Assembly: GCA_963667465.2 (NCBI GenBank)
Contig: CAXXDN010000002.1
Span: forward strand, 1,568,001-1,632,000
Origin: Dehalococcoidia bacterium
GTDB lineage: Bacteria > Chloroflexota > Dehalococcoidia > UBA2979
Reading direction: 5' to 3'
DNA: 64,000 nucleotides
Below, piece after piece: positions 48,499-57,901 of the stretch. A program made the translations under genes and the position numbers. Under the pieces are notes generated by a model, which was not told the DNA's origin, made no database searches, and saw only the letters and a program-made list of their open reading frames with translations. The first letter of the stretch is position 1, and each line of letters begins with the position of its first letter.

Positions 48499-49280
48499 CC
48501 GCCGCCCGTCACATCGATGGTCACACCGGTTACGAAGTCCGCGTGCGACGAGGCGAGGAAGCAGGCGACGTTCGCCTGGTCGATCGGCTCGGCGACGCGG
48601 CCCAGCGGAATCGCGGCCACCTGGCGCTCGCGCGACCCTGCCGGCCGCTGCTCATACTCGCGAACGATGCGCTCGGTCATGGTGGTCGCGGGTGCGATCG
48701 CGTTGACGTTGATGCCTGCAGGGCCGACTTCCGTCGCAAGCTTCGCCGTGAACGAGATGATGCCGCCCTTGGCTGTGGCGTAGGCCGCCGAACTCGTCGG
48801 ACTCCTCCCGCGACTCGATCGGGAGGAGAAGTTCACGATCTTGCCGCCGCCCTGCCGGGTCATGTGGGGAATCACGGCGTTGCAGAACAGGAAGGTCCCG
48901 GTGAGGTTGAAGTCCAGCACCGTCTGCCACTCCTCCAGCGTCAACTGATCGGTCGTGGCGCCCCGCCTCGCGATGATCGTGGAGCCGCCGACACCGTTGA
49001 TGAGAATGTCGATCCTGCCGAAGCGCTCGACCGCGCCGGCGACGACGGCGTCCACTTCCGCCTGCTCGAGTGCGTTGGCGTGATAGGCGTGGTGCTCGCC
49101 TCCGCCGGCCGCCGCGAGGGCCTCCAGCGCGCGGTCGAGCAGCTCCTTGTTGTTGTCGACGGCGGCGATCGTGCCGCCCTCGGCGGCGATGATCCCGGCG
49201 GCGGAGCGGCAGATGCCGCTGGCGGCCCCGGTGATCAGCGCCACCTTGCCTTCGAAGCGAGCGAACGAGGTGTCGGCCAT
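48495..49280 (-). CDS. SDR family oxidoreductase
   Basis: ITGAASGI, YATAK, NAIAP. Confidence 0.93.
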   Translation of the reverse strand: MADTSFARFEGKVALITGAASGICRSAAGIIAAEGGTIAAVDNNKELLDRALEALAAAGGGEHHAYHANALEQAEVDAVVAGAVERFGRIDILINGVGGSTIIARRGATTDQLTLEEWQTVLDFNLTGTFLFCNAVIPHMTRQGGGKIVNFSSRSSRGRSPTSSAAYATAKGGIISFTAKLATEVGPAGINVNAIAPATTMTERIVREYEQRPAGSRERQVAAIPLGRVAEPIDQANVACFLASSHADFVTGVTIDVTGGG

Positions 49281-49291
49281 GGTGATGCCCC

Positions 49292-50404
49292 CTACCCGGT
49301 CGCCGGGACGCCGGCCCTCGCGAGGGCCGCGCCGGCGCCGGCCTGCTCGAACGCGCCGACATGCGGCAGCACCTCTCGCGCGAACAGCTCGAGCATCTTC
49401 GTCGTCTTCGCGGGGCCGTAGTACGGCGGGTAGTGGATCATCACCGACGAGGCGCCCGCCCGGGCCAACTCCTCGAGGCGGCGCAACACCGTGTCCGGCG
49501 ACCCGTGCAGCACGGTGTCCCGGGTGATCTTCTCGTAGGCGAACGCATCCTCGTCGCTCTTCTCGGTGACGTCGCCGAGGTAGCTGCCGGTCCTCCCGCT
49601 GAGCAGGAAGCTCGTCATGTGGCGCACGATGCCCTCTTCGGACTCCTCGCGGGCGATCGCGTCCGACTCGGCGACATAGACCATGCGGGCGACGTCGACA
49701 TCGCCGAAGGCCGGGTTCCGGCTGTAGGGAGCCTGCGCCTCCGCCATGTGCTCGCGGTAGAACGCCACGTGTTCGCCGATCGTCTCGATCGATGGCAGTG
49801 CGGACTGCATGAGGCCGAAGCCGTTGCGGGCCGCGTACGCCATCGAGCCTTCCGTGCCGGCCGCCATGTAGATCGGCGGATGGGGCTGCTGGATCGGCTG
49901 CGGGAAGACCTCGCTCTGCTCGTCCATCGTGATCTTGAAGAACTGGCCGTCCACGTTGACGCGCTTGTCGAAGAAGCCCTGCAGGATCAGCGGCACCGCC
50001 TCCTCCCGCATCATCACGTGCCGCTCGTCGTAGTCGACGCCGAGGCCCTCGAACTCGTAGGGCCGGTAGCCGGAACCAAGGCCGAGCTGGAAGCGGCCGT
50101 CGCTCAGGATGTCGACGAAGGCCGCGTTCTCGACGATCCGCAGGGGATGGTGCAGCGGCACGACCATGACGGCCGCGCCGAGCTTGATGCGGCTGGTCTT
50201 CGCGGCGAGGTAGGACAGGTAGCTGAACGGGTCGGGCAGGATGCCGTACGCGTTCGAGAAGTGATGCTCCGCGATCCAGACGCTGTCGTACCCGTTCTCC
50301 TCAGCGGTCAGCACCTCGTTGGTGACGCGTGCGTGGACCGACTGATGCGGATACGGCGACGTCTCCGGGTCCGGGTGCGAGGTGAGCAGCAGTCCGATCT
50401 TCAC
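49292..50404 (-). CDS. LLM-class flavin/F420-dependent oxidoreductase
   Basis: WIAEHHF, HPLRIVE, GRFQLGLGSGY, PIQQPHPP. Confidence 0.93.
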   Translation of the reverse strand: MKIGLLLTSHPDPETSPYPHQSVHARVTNEVLTAEENGYDSVWIAEHHFSNAYGILPDPFSYLSYLAAKTSRIKLGAAVMVVPLHHPLRIVENAAFVDILSDGRFQLGLGSGYRPYEFEGLGVDYDERHVMMREEAVPLILQGFFDKRVNVDGQFFKITMDEQSEVFPQPIQQPHPPIYMAAGTEGSMAYAARNGFGLMQSALPSIETIGEHVAFYREHMAEAQAPYSRNPAFGDVDVARMVYVAESDAIAREESEEGIVRHMTSFLLSGRTGSYLGDVTEKSDEDAFAYEKITRDTVLHGSPDTVLRRLEELARAGASSVMIHYPPYYGPAKTTKMLELFAREVLPHVGAFEQAGAGAALARAGVPATG

Positions 50405-50553
50405 GTTCAGTCTCCCAGCGAATTCCGCCCGCCAACGATAGCCGCATCCCCGCTCAGGCCGCCATCGCCGTACCGCTGCTATAGGCTTGGCGACGAACTG
50501 CGAACTGCAACGGGGCGAGCCGGCGAGAGCGCTTCCGTGCGAGGAGGAGAACA

Positions 50554-51243
50554 GTGACCGCATTCGTGCTCATCCACGGCGCATACCAGGGCGGCTGGAT
50601 CTGGGCCCCCGTCGCCGCACGGCTGCACGCCGAGGGCCATGTCGCGCACGCGCCGTCGCTGGACGGCTGCGGCGAGCGGGCGACACAGCTGCGGCCCGGC
50701 ATCACCACGGAGTCGCAGGCGGAGGAGACCGCGCAGTTGCTCTTCTACGAGGACCTGAGCGACGTGGTCCTCGTCGGGACGTCGTCGGGCGGAATGGTCG
50801 CGGCGAGGACGGCCGAGCTCGCGCGCGAGCGGGTGGCTCGCCTCGTCTTCGTCGACGCGCTCGTCCTCAAGCCCGGCGAGACCATCGGCGATATCGTGAA
50901 CCGGCCGAGGCCAATCAACAGCGACGTGGCGACCGGCCGGCCCTCCGAGGAACGCCTCGCGGACCTGCTCCGCGATCTCCCGCGCGAGAGCGCCGAGTGG
51001 GCGGCGGAGCGCTTCGGCTTGCACCCCGCCGCGGCATTCGCCGAGCCCGTGGTGCTGGACTCGTTCTGGGACCGGGAGTGGGACGCCTCGGTGATCTGGT
51101 GCCGGCGCGCCGCGAACCCCGGCGAGGCGCACCAGCGCCGCTGCGCGGAGGCGCTCGGCGCTCGCTGGCACGAGCTCGACACCGGCCACTACCCGATGCT
51201 CAGCGAGCCGGACGCGCTGACGCGGCTCATCCTCGAGGGGTAA
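50554..51243 (+). CDS. Alpha/beta hydrolase (copy 1)
   Basis: FVLIHGAYQGGWIW, GTSSGG, DTGHYPMLSEP. Confidence 0.92.
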   Translation: MTAFVLIHGAYQGGWIWAPVAARLHAEGHVAHAPSLDGCGERATQLRPGITTESQAEETAQLLFYEDLSDVVLVGTSSGGMVAARTAELARERVARLVFVDALVLKPGETIGDIVNRPRPINSDVATGRPSEERLADLLRDLPRESAEWAAERFGLHPAAAFAEPVVLDSFWDREWDASVIWCRRAANPGEAHQRRCAEALGARWHELDTGHYPMLSEPDALTRLILEG

Positions 51244-51276
51244 CGAGCGAGGCGATTCCGTGCGAGGAGGGAACCG

Positions 51277-51960
51277 ATGACCGCATTCGTGCTCATCCAC
51301 GGCGCATACCAGGGCGGCTGGATCTGGGGCCCCGTCGCGCGGCGGCTCCGCGCAGCGGGCCATGACGTGTACGCGCCGTCGCTCGACGGCTGCGGCGAGC
51401 GGTCGGAGCAGGACCGGCCGGGCATCACTGTCGAGTCACAGGCCGACGAGATCGCGGAGCTGCTCTTCTACGAAGACCTTGGCGACGTGGTGCTGGTCGG
51501 CACCTCGTCGGGCGGGATGGTGGCGACGAGGACGGCGGAGCTCGCACGCGAGCGGATCGCCCGCCTCGTCTTTGTCGACGCGCTCGTGCTGAAGCACGGC
51601 GAGACCAGCGCGGACGTCCTCCAGCGGCCGCGGACCCCCGCCACGGCGACCGGCCGCCCGACCGAGGGGCACCTGGCGCGCCTGCTCCACGGCCTCCCGC
51701 CCGAGACGGCTGCGTGGGCAGGCGAGCGCTTTCGGGGTCGCCCCGGCGGAACCGTCACGCAGCCCGTCGTGCTGGAGTCGTTCTGGGATCAGGACTGGGA
51801 CGTCGCGGTCATCTGGTGCAGGCAGGCGCAGAACCCCGGCGAGGCCCACCAGCGCCGCACCGCGGAGACGTTCGGCGCCACCTGGCTCGAGCTCGACACC
51901 GGCCACTACCCCATGCTCAGCGAGCCGGACGCGCTGACGCGGCTCATCCTCGAGAGCTGA
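51277..51960 (+). CDS. Alpha/beta hydrolase (copy 2)
   Basis: Same motifs; tandem paralog. Confidence 0.92.
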   Translation: MTAFVLIHGAYQGGWIWGPVARRLRAAGHDVYAPSLDGCGERSEQDRPGITVESQADEIAELLFYEDLGDVVLVGTSSGGMVATRTAELARERIARLVFVDALVLKHGETSADVLQRPRTPATATGRPTEGHLARLLHGLPPETAAWAGERFRGRPGGTVTQPVVLESFWDQDWDVAVIWCRQAQNPGEAHQRRTAETFGATWLELDTGHYPMLSEPDALTRLILES

Positions 51961-51983
51961 CGCACGAGGCGGCGCGAGCCGAC

Positions 51984-52235
51984 CGCTCAGCGACCCTTGA
52001 ACACGGGCTCGCGCCGCTCGCCGAGCGCCGCGCGAGCCTCGGCGGCGTCCTCCGAGGTGCGGGGAATGGGCGAGGCGTTCGAGGTCAGCACGGCCGTGTG
52101 TTCGAGCGTGGTGTCCATGGCCGCCCGGATCACCCGCTTGTTGACCCGGGAGACCAGCGGCGGGTTGCGCATGATGCGGTCGCACAGCGCACGCAGCTCC
52201 GCCTCGAGGTCCTCGGCAGGGACGAGCCTGTTCAG
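51984..52235 (-). pseudogene. Orphan 3' fragment of the enoyl-CoA hydratase gene
   Basis: 252 bp matching 53781-54032 with about 8 substitutions counted by eye. Confidence 0.9.
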
Positions 52236-52360
52236 TTCCCCCTCGCCGTATTACGCATGCAGTCTGGCGGGCGTGGCTTCACATTTTGGGGACGGCTTGC
52301 CCTTCGAACGCCGGCTGAGTGCGCAGGAGCTACGGCCGACCGTTCAGCCACTCGCCAGCG

Positions 52361-53770
52361 CTAACCGACGACAACCGGCGCCACCGCTCCGAGCAGCCAG
52401 CGAGCGATCGCCGTCATCGCGGCGTCCTGGTGCGGCTGGCCGAAGACCTGCACGCCGACGGGCATCCCGCCGACACTCATGAGCGGCATGCTCACTGCCG
52501 GGGCGAACAGCATCGAACTCGGGAAGTTGAACACCGGATCGCCCGTCGGGCGCGCGGCCAGTGGCGCGCCCGGCTCGTCGCCGAGCCAGACGTGCGCGGG
52601 GCCCGGGCAGGAGAGTGTGATGATCGCGTCGGCGGATGCGGCGAGGGTGGCGTGCGCCGCCTGGGCGGCCTCGCGGGCGAGCAGCGCCGCCCGGTAGTCG
52701 TCCACCGCCATCGCCTCTGCCCGCGCAAGCACGGCCTTCGCCCGCTCGCTGACGCCGTCCGGGTGCTGGTCGACGAGGTTGCGCGTCGCCCAGCGGTTCT
52801 CCCAGCCGGTGATCGCGTTACACACCTCGCTCGCATCGCCGACGGCGCGCTCGAGCGATTCGACCAGCGGGTTGTCCGTTCGCCGCAGGAGCCGGACGCC
52901 CAGCTCGCTCAACTGACCGAGGGCTGCCGAGAAGCCCTCCTTGCTGGATTCGTCAAGCTCGGCCCAGCCCTGCGTCTCGAGGACGATCAGCCGCTCGGGC
53001 TTGCGCGGCTCAGGGGTCGTCGCGGGCCCGTCCAGGCCGGGCCAGCCGCGATCGCCTCCCGCCCGCCGCACGATCTCGATGGCGACCTGCCACATGTCCT
53101 CGATGCAGCCCGCGTGGACGCCGTGCGTGCTCATGCTTGTCGCCTGCCGCTCGCCGCGGTTGATGCCGCCCTGCGTCGGCTTGAGGGCGACGTTCCCGCA
53201 GTAGCCGGCGGGCCGGATGATCGAACCGCCGACCTGCGAGCCAATCGCCGCCGGGAGCATGCGCGCCGCGACCGCGGCCGCCGATCCCGACGAGGAGCCG
53301 CCCGGCGAGCGCCGGGGGTCGAACGGATTGGTCGTTGGCCCCGGGTGCGCGCCGCCGAGCTCGGCCGTCACGGTCTTCCCGAGGATCACGGCGCCCGCCT
53401 GCCGCAGCGCCCAGACGGCGGCGTTGTCGCGCTCCGGGAAGTTCCCGCTGAACGCCTCGCAGCCGTACTCGGTCGGCATGTCCTTCGTCTCGAGGAGGTC
53501 CTTGATCCCGACGGGCATGCCGTCGATCGGGGAGCGCGGCTCGCCCGCGGCCCAGCGCTCCGTGCTCGCGTCGGCGGCCGCGCGCGCCGAGTCCCGGTTG
53601 AGGTACGCGAAGGCCTGCACCACCGGCTCGCGCTCCTCGATGGTCGTCAGGCAGCGCTCGAGGTAGTCGCGGGGCGTGTCAGCGCCGCTGCGGAAGCGCT
53701 GGGCGGCGTCGTGGAACCTCAGGGGCTCATGGGCCCGCGGGTCGTAGCCCGTCGCGCTGGCCTGCGTCAT
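52361..53770 (-). CDS. Amidase (amidase signature family)
   Basis: GIKD, GKT, PGGSSSGSAAAVA, GSQVGGSIIRPAGYCG. Confidence 0.95.
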   Translation of the reverse strand: MTQASATGYDPRAHEPLRFHDAAQRFRSGADTPRDYLERCLTTIEEREPVVQAFAYLNRDSARAAADASTERWAAGEPRSPIDGMPVGIKDLLETKDMPTEYGCEAFSGNFPERDNAAVWALRQAGAVILGKTVTAELGGAHPGPTTNPFDPRRSPGGSSSGSAAAVAARMLPAAIGSQVGGSIIRPAGYCGNVALKPTQGGINRGERQATSMSTHGVHAGCIEDMWQVAIEIVRRAGGDRGWPGLDGPATTPEPRKPERLIVLETQGWAELDESSKEGFSAALGQLSELGVRLLRRTDNPLVESLERAVGDASEVCNAITGWENRWATRNLVDQHPDGVSERAKAVLARAEAMAVDDYRAALLAREAAQAAHATLAASADAIITLSCPGPAHVWLGDEPGAPLAARPTGDPVFNFPSSMLFAPAVSMPLMSVGGMPVGVQVFGQPHQDAAMTAIARWLLGAVAPVVVG

Positions 53771-53783
53771 CACCCAGCCTCGC

Positions 53784-54641
53784 TCAGCGACCCTTGAACA
53801 CGGGCTCGCGCCGCTCGCCGAGCGCCGCACGAGCCTCGGCGGCGTCCTCGGAGGTGCCGGGAATCGGTGAGGCGTTCGAGGTCAGCACGGCCGTGTGTTC
53901 GAGCGTGGTGTCCATGGCCGCCCGGATCACCCGCTTGTTGACCCAGGAGACCAGCGGCGGGTTGCGCATGATGCGGTCGCACAGCGCACGCACCTCCGCC
54001 TCGAGGTCCTCGGCGGGGACGAGCCTGTTCAGGACGCCCCACTCCGCGGCCGTCGCGCCGTCGAGGTGGCCGGTGAAGGAGAACTCGAGCGCGCGACCGA
54101 GGCCGGCCAGTCTCGTCAGGTAGTAGGCGCCGCCGTTCTCGATGATCTGGCCGACCTGGTGGTAGGAGATGAAGCGCGTGTGCTCGCTGCCGTAGCGGAT
54201 GTCGCATTGCAGCGCCATGTCCATGCCGAACCCGGCTGCCACGCCGTTGACCATCGCGACCGTCGGCTTGCGGATGAACGAGATGTCCTTCATCAGCTTG
54301 GTGATGCCGTAGTAGAAACGCTGGCGCGTCGCATCGAGCCCGCCGGCCTCGTACGGTGCGTTGCCGAGGAAGTTGTCGCCGCGCTGGAAGTCGCCAAGGT
54401 CGGTGCCCCTGACGTTCACGCCCGCGCAGAAGCCGCGCCCGACACCGGTCAGCACGATCACCTTGACGTCCGGGTCGTCGTCGCCGGCGCGCATGTACTC
54501 GCCGACCTTGGCCAGCGTGCCGGTCCGCTCGGGACCGCCGACGGCGGCGTTGAGCATCTCGGGTCGGTTGAACTTGATCCAGAGGATCCCGTTGTCCTCC
54601 TTCTCGTAGAGGAGGTACGGGACGAGTTCGAGTTGCTGCAT
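53784..54641 (-). CDS. Enoyl-CoA hydratase/isomerase family protein
   Basis: FNRPEMLNA, GRGFCAG, KPTVAMVNGVAAGFG, REPVFKGR. Confidence 0.93.
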   Translation of the reverse strand: MQQLELVPYLLYEKEDNGILWIKFNRPEMLNAAVGGPERTGTLAKVGEYMRAGDDDPDVKVIVLTGVGRGFCAGVNVRGTDLGDFQRGDNFLGNAPYEAGGLDATRQRFYYGITKLMKDISFIRKPTVAMVNGVAAGFGMDMALQCDIRYGSEHTRFISYHQVGQIIENGGAYYLTRLAGLGRALEFSFTGHLDGATAAEWGVLNRLVPAEDLEAEVRALCDRIMRNPPLVSWVNKRVIRAAMDTTLEHTAVLTSNASPIPGTSEDAAEARAALGERREPVFKGR

Positions 54642-54762
54642 GGGAAACCCCTTCGGACGCCTCAGATTCTCAGACGCGCCAGAGCGTAGCGCCTTGCCGG
54701 GGAAGCGGACACTCGCCAGGCCGGACGGGCACGTCGCCGCCAAGCGACCTTCGCGGGGCCGA

Positions 54763-55617
54763 TCAGCCGCTGAACAGCACCGGCTCCCCGCCCGAGGCGA
54801 TCGCCTCGGTGCGACGCCGTACCTGTTCGATGGCCTTTTCCGGCTGCGTGAGCACGTAGAAGCGCTCCTCGCGGATCGCTGCACAGACCAGATCGGCGAT
54901 CTCCCCGGGTGTCCGGTATTCGCCCTCAGGCTCCGCTTGCCGGTCGCGCATCCGCGCCTCGTAGCGCTCGCGCTCCAGCGCCACCCGCTCCTCGTCGCCG
55001 GGCTCGCGGTACTCCGCCGGACGTTCGCTCTTCGCGATTCCACCGGAGATGCGACCGGGTATGAGGAGCGAGGCCCGCACCATCGCGCCGGCCTCGGCAA
55101 GCTCGTGGTGCAGCACCTCGGTCAGCGTCACGATCGCGCCCTTGCTCACTACGTACGGACTGTTGCCGCGCCGCCCGCCGAAGGCCGGGACAGTCGTGGT
55201 GTTGACGATGTGCCCCTCGCCCTGCGCCAGCATGATCGGCACGAAGACGCGCACGGCGTGCACGGTGCCCCAGAGGTTGCCGTCGAGCGTCCAGCGCCAG
55301 TCCGCGTCGCTCGCCTCCCAGAGATTCGCGCTGCGCGGGTTCACGCCGACGTTGTTGCAGAGCACATGCACCGCGCCGAATTCCTCCAGCGCGCGCTCGG
55401 CGAGAGCCTGCACCGCGGCGAGCGCCCCGACATCCGTCGGCACCGCGAGGCAGCTCGCGCCCGCCGCGCGCAGCTCGGCCTCCGCGCTCGCCAGTCCCGC
55501 GGCGTCGATGTCCGCCAGCACGACCCGCATCCGCTCCTCCGCGAAGCGTCGCGCCAGCGCGAGCCCGAGGTTCCCGACTCCCGCGACGATCGCCACCCGG
55601 CCGCTGAGTTCTTGCAC
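54763..55617 (-). CDS. SDR family oxidoreductase
   Basis: GRVAIVAG..NLG, NNVGV, YVVSK, AIREERFYV. Confidence 0.9.
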   Translation of the reverse strand: MQELSGRVAIVAGVGNLGLALARRFAEERMRVVLADIDAAGLASAEAELRAAGASCLAVPTDVGALAAVQALAERALEEFGAVHVLCNNVGVNPRSANLWEASDADWRWTLDGNLWGTVHAVRVFVPIMLAQGEGHIVNTTTVPAFGGRRGNSPYVVSKGAIVTLTEVLHHELAEAGAMVRASLLIPGRISGGIAKSERPAEYREPGDEERVALERERYEARMRDRQAEPEGEYRTPGEIADLVCAAIREERFYVLTQPEKAIEQVRRRTEAIASGGEPVLFSG

Positions 55618-55750
55618 TCTCGTTCCCCCTCGCCGCCGCGCCAGCCGGAGACTCGCATCGGAGCTTGACGCCCCGGACTCCAGCTGGATGCTAGTCTCCG
55701 CGCCGGCGGCCTGCGAGCGAGCCTGCGCCTGCCGCGAGGGGAGCGAACGC

Positions 55751-56497
55751 GTGACAGCCGACCGCGATCTCGAGGGCAAGACCGCGCTCATCACCGGTTC
55801 CGGCCGCAACCTCGGACGCGCCATCCTGCTCGAGTTCGCGGCCCGTGGCGCGAACGTCGTCGTCAACGCGCGCAGCAACCGCGCCGAGGCCGAGGCGGTC
55901 GCGGAGGAGGCCCGCACGCTCGGTGCGGACGCCCTCGTGGCACTCGGCGACGTGGGCGACGCGGACGCGGTGGGCGCGATCGTTGACAAGGCGCTGCGGC
56001 GCTTCTCCGCGATCGACATCTCCGTCAGCAACGCCGCCACCCGTCCGCACCAGAGCGTCCTCGACATCAGCCCCGAGGAGTGGCGGCGCTCGCTCGCGAC
56101 CAACCTCGACGCCTCGTTCCACCTCGCGCAGGCGGTCGCGCCCTCGATGATCGAGCGGGGCCGGGGCCGCATCATCCACATCGGCGGCGGCTTCGGCGTC
56201 GAACCCGGCCGGGTGCACACGCTCGCGGGCAAGGCGGGCCTGCTCGGCCTCACGAGGGCGCTCGCGGCCGATCTCGGGCGCCACGGCATCACCGCCAACA
56301 TGGTCGCCCCCGCGGCCATCGACGTGAGCGGCGAGCGCGACGGGCGCCCGCCCGAGAGCGGGCCGGACGCCGTCCCGCTGGGCCGCTGGGGCACGCCCGA
56401 GGACGTCGCCTGGGCCTGCGCCTTCCTCGCCTCGGAGCGCTCGGGCTTCATCACCGGCCAGGCGCTGTACGTCAACGGCGGGCGGATGATGCGCTGA
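55751..56497 (+). CDS. SDR family oxidoreductase (atypical HxxxK active site)
   Basis: ITGSGRNLG, SNAA, HTLAGK, ITGQALYVNGG. Confidence 0.9.
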   Translation: MTADRDLEGKTALITGSGRNLGRAILLEFAARGANVVVNARSNRAEAEAVAEEARTLGADALVALGDVGDADAVGAIVDKALRRFSAIDISVSNAATRPHQSVLDISPEEWRRSLATNLDASFHLAQAVAPSMIERGRGRIIHIGGGFGVEPGRVHTLAGKAGLLGLTRALAADLGRHGITANMVAPAAIDVSGERDGRPPESGPDAVPLGRWGTPEDVAWACAFLASERSGFITGQALYVNGGRMMR

Positions 56498-56673
56498 GGG
56501 CCGGCGCTCGGCCCGGGAGCGCCGGGTCTCGCGCGACTCGATCTGTAGACTCGATGCGCGGCCCGGCCCCGCGGGAGACGCCTCCGCAGCCGGGCGGCCG
56601 AGCTCGCCGCTGCGGCGCGCCGCATGGAGAGCGAACGGCACACGTCAGGTCGGCGCAGGACCCGGAGGTTGCG

Positions 56674-57882
56674 ATGGCGGGACCGCTGAGCGGGATTACG
56701 GTGCTCGACTTCACCTGGGCGATGGCCGGCCCCTACGGGGTGATGATTCTCGCGGACCTCGGGGCGGAGGTGTGGAAGATCGAGACGCCGTTCCAGACGG
56801 AGCGGCGGCGCGGGAACGGGCCCTACGTGCACGGGGTCAGCACCTACTTCTTCTCGATCAACCGGGGCAAGAAGAGCATCATGCTCGACCTCAAGGCGCC
56901 CGAGGCGACGGAGATCGTGCACCGGCTGGTGCGGCGCGCCGACGTCGTCACCGAGAACTTCTCGCCGGGGACGATGGAGCGCCTCGGCTTCGGGTACGAG
57001 GCGCTGTCGGCGCTGAATCCGGCGCTGGTCTACGCCTCGACGTCCGGGTTCGGGCAGACGGGGCCCTACCGGGAGCGGGGCGCCGTCGACATCATCGCCC
57101 AGGCGACGGGTGGAGTGATGAGCACGACCGGGCACGAGAGCGATCCGTCGCCCTCGCGCGCGGGGTACTCGATCGGCGACATGGCCGGGGGGATCTTCAC
57201 CGCGATCGGAGTGCTCTCGGCGCTGGTGGAGCGCAACTCGAGCGGCCTCGGTCAGCACGTCGACGTCGCGATGGTCGACGCCCAGGTGGCGCTCATGGAG
57301 AACGCGATCGTGCGCCACTTCGCAACGGGCGAGGTGCAGCCGCGGGCGGGACTGCGGCACCCGCTGAGCACGCCCCACCAGGCATTCCCGGCGAGCGACG
57401 GCTGGTTCGTGGTGGCTGGAGTGCGAGACCACGGCTGGCAGCTCTTCTGCGGCATGATCGAGGCGGACGAACTCGCGGTGGATCCGCGCTTCGCGGAGAA
57501 CGCGCTGCGAACGCAGAACTACGCAGAGCTGGAGCCGCTGATGTTCGCGGCGACGCGGCGGAAGCCGCGGGATCACTGGCTGGAGACGCTGAAGGACCAG
57601 TTCCTGGTGGCGCCGCTGAACAACGTCGCGGACGTGGCGCGGGATCCGCATCTCCGGGCGCGCGACATGTTCCGCGAGCTGCCGACGTGGACCGGCGGGA
57701 CGCTGACGGTCTCGAACACTCCCGTGAAGCACTCGCGCACGCCCGGCGGAGCGGAGCGCGGGGCGTCGAAGCCGGGCGAGCACAGCCGCGAGCTGCTGGA
57801 CAGCATCGGCTTCCTCGAGGCGGAGATCGACGACCTCGTGGCGCGCGGCGTGATCGCGGAGGAGCCGGCAGAGGACGAGTAG
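56674..57882 (+). CDS. CaiB/BaiF CoA-transferase (family III)
   Basis: PLSGITVLDF..AGP, LADLGAEVWKIE, NRGKKS, ENFSPG, SGFGQTGP. Confidence 0.95.
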   Translation: MAGPLSGITVLDFTWAMAGPYGVMILADLGAEVWKIETPFQTERRRGNGPYVHGVSTYFFSINRGKKSIMLDLKAPEATEIVHRLVRRADVVTENFSPGTMERLGFGYEALSALNPALVYASTSGFGQTGPYRERGAVDIIAQATGGVMSTTGHESDPSPSRAGYSIGDMAGGIFTAIGVLSALVERNSSGLGQHVDVAMVDAQVALMENAIVRHFATGEVQPRAGLRHPLSTPHQAFPASDGWFVVAGVRDHGWQLFCGMIEADELAVDPRFAENALRTQNYAELEPLMFAATRRKPRDHWLETLKDQFLVAPLNNVADVARDPHLRARDMFRELPTWTGGTLTVSNTPVKHSRTPGGAERGASKPGEHSRELLDSIGFLEAEIDDLVARGVIAEEPAEDE

Positions 57883-57901
57883 GCCGCTCCGGCCGCGACG
57901 C

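Noticed and set aside
55618-57783. Apparent 1006-aa SDR fusion (ORF 54763..57783)
   Set aside because: Only 54763-55617 is SDR; the rest is antisense to the SDR and CoA-transferase on the + strand
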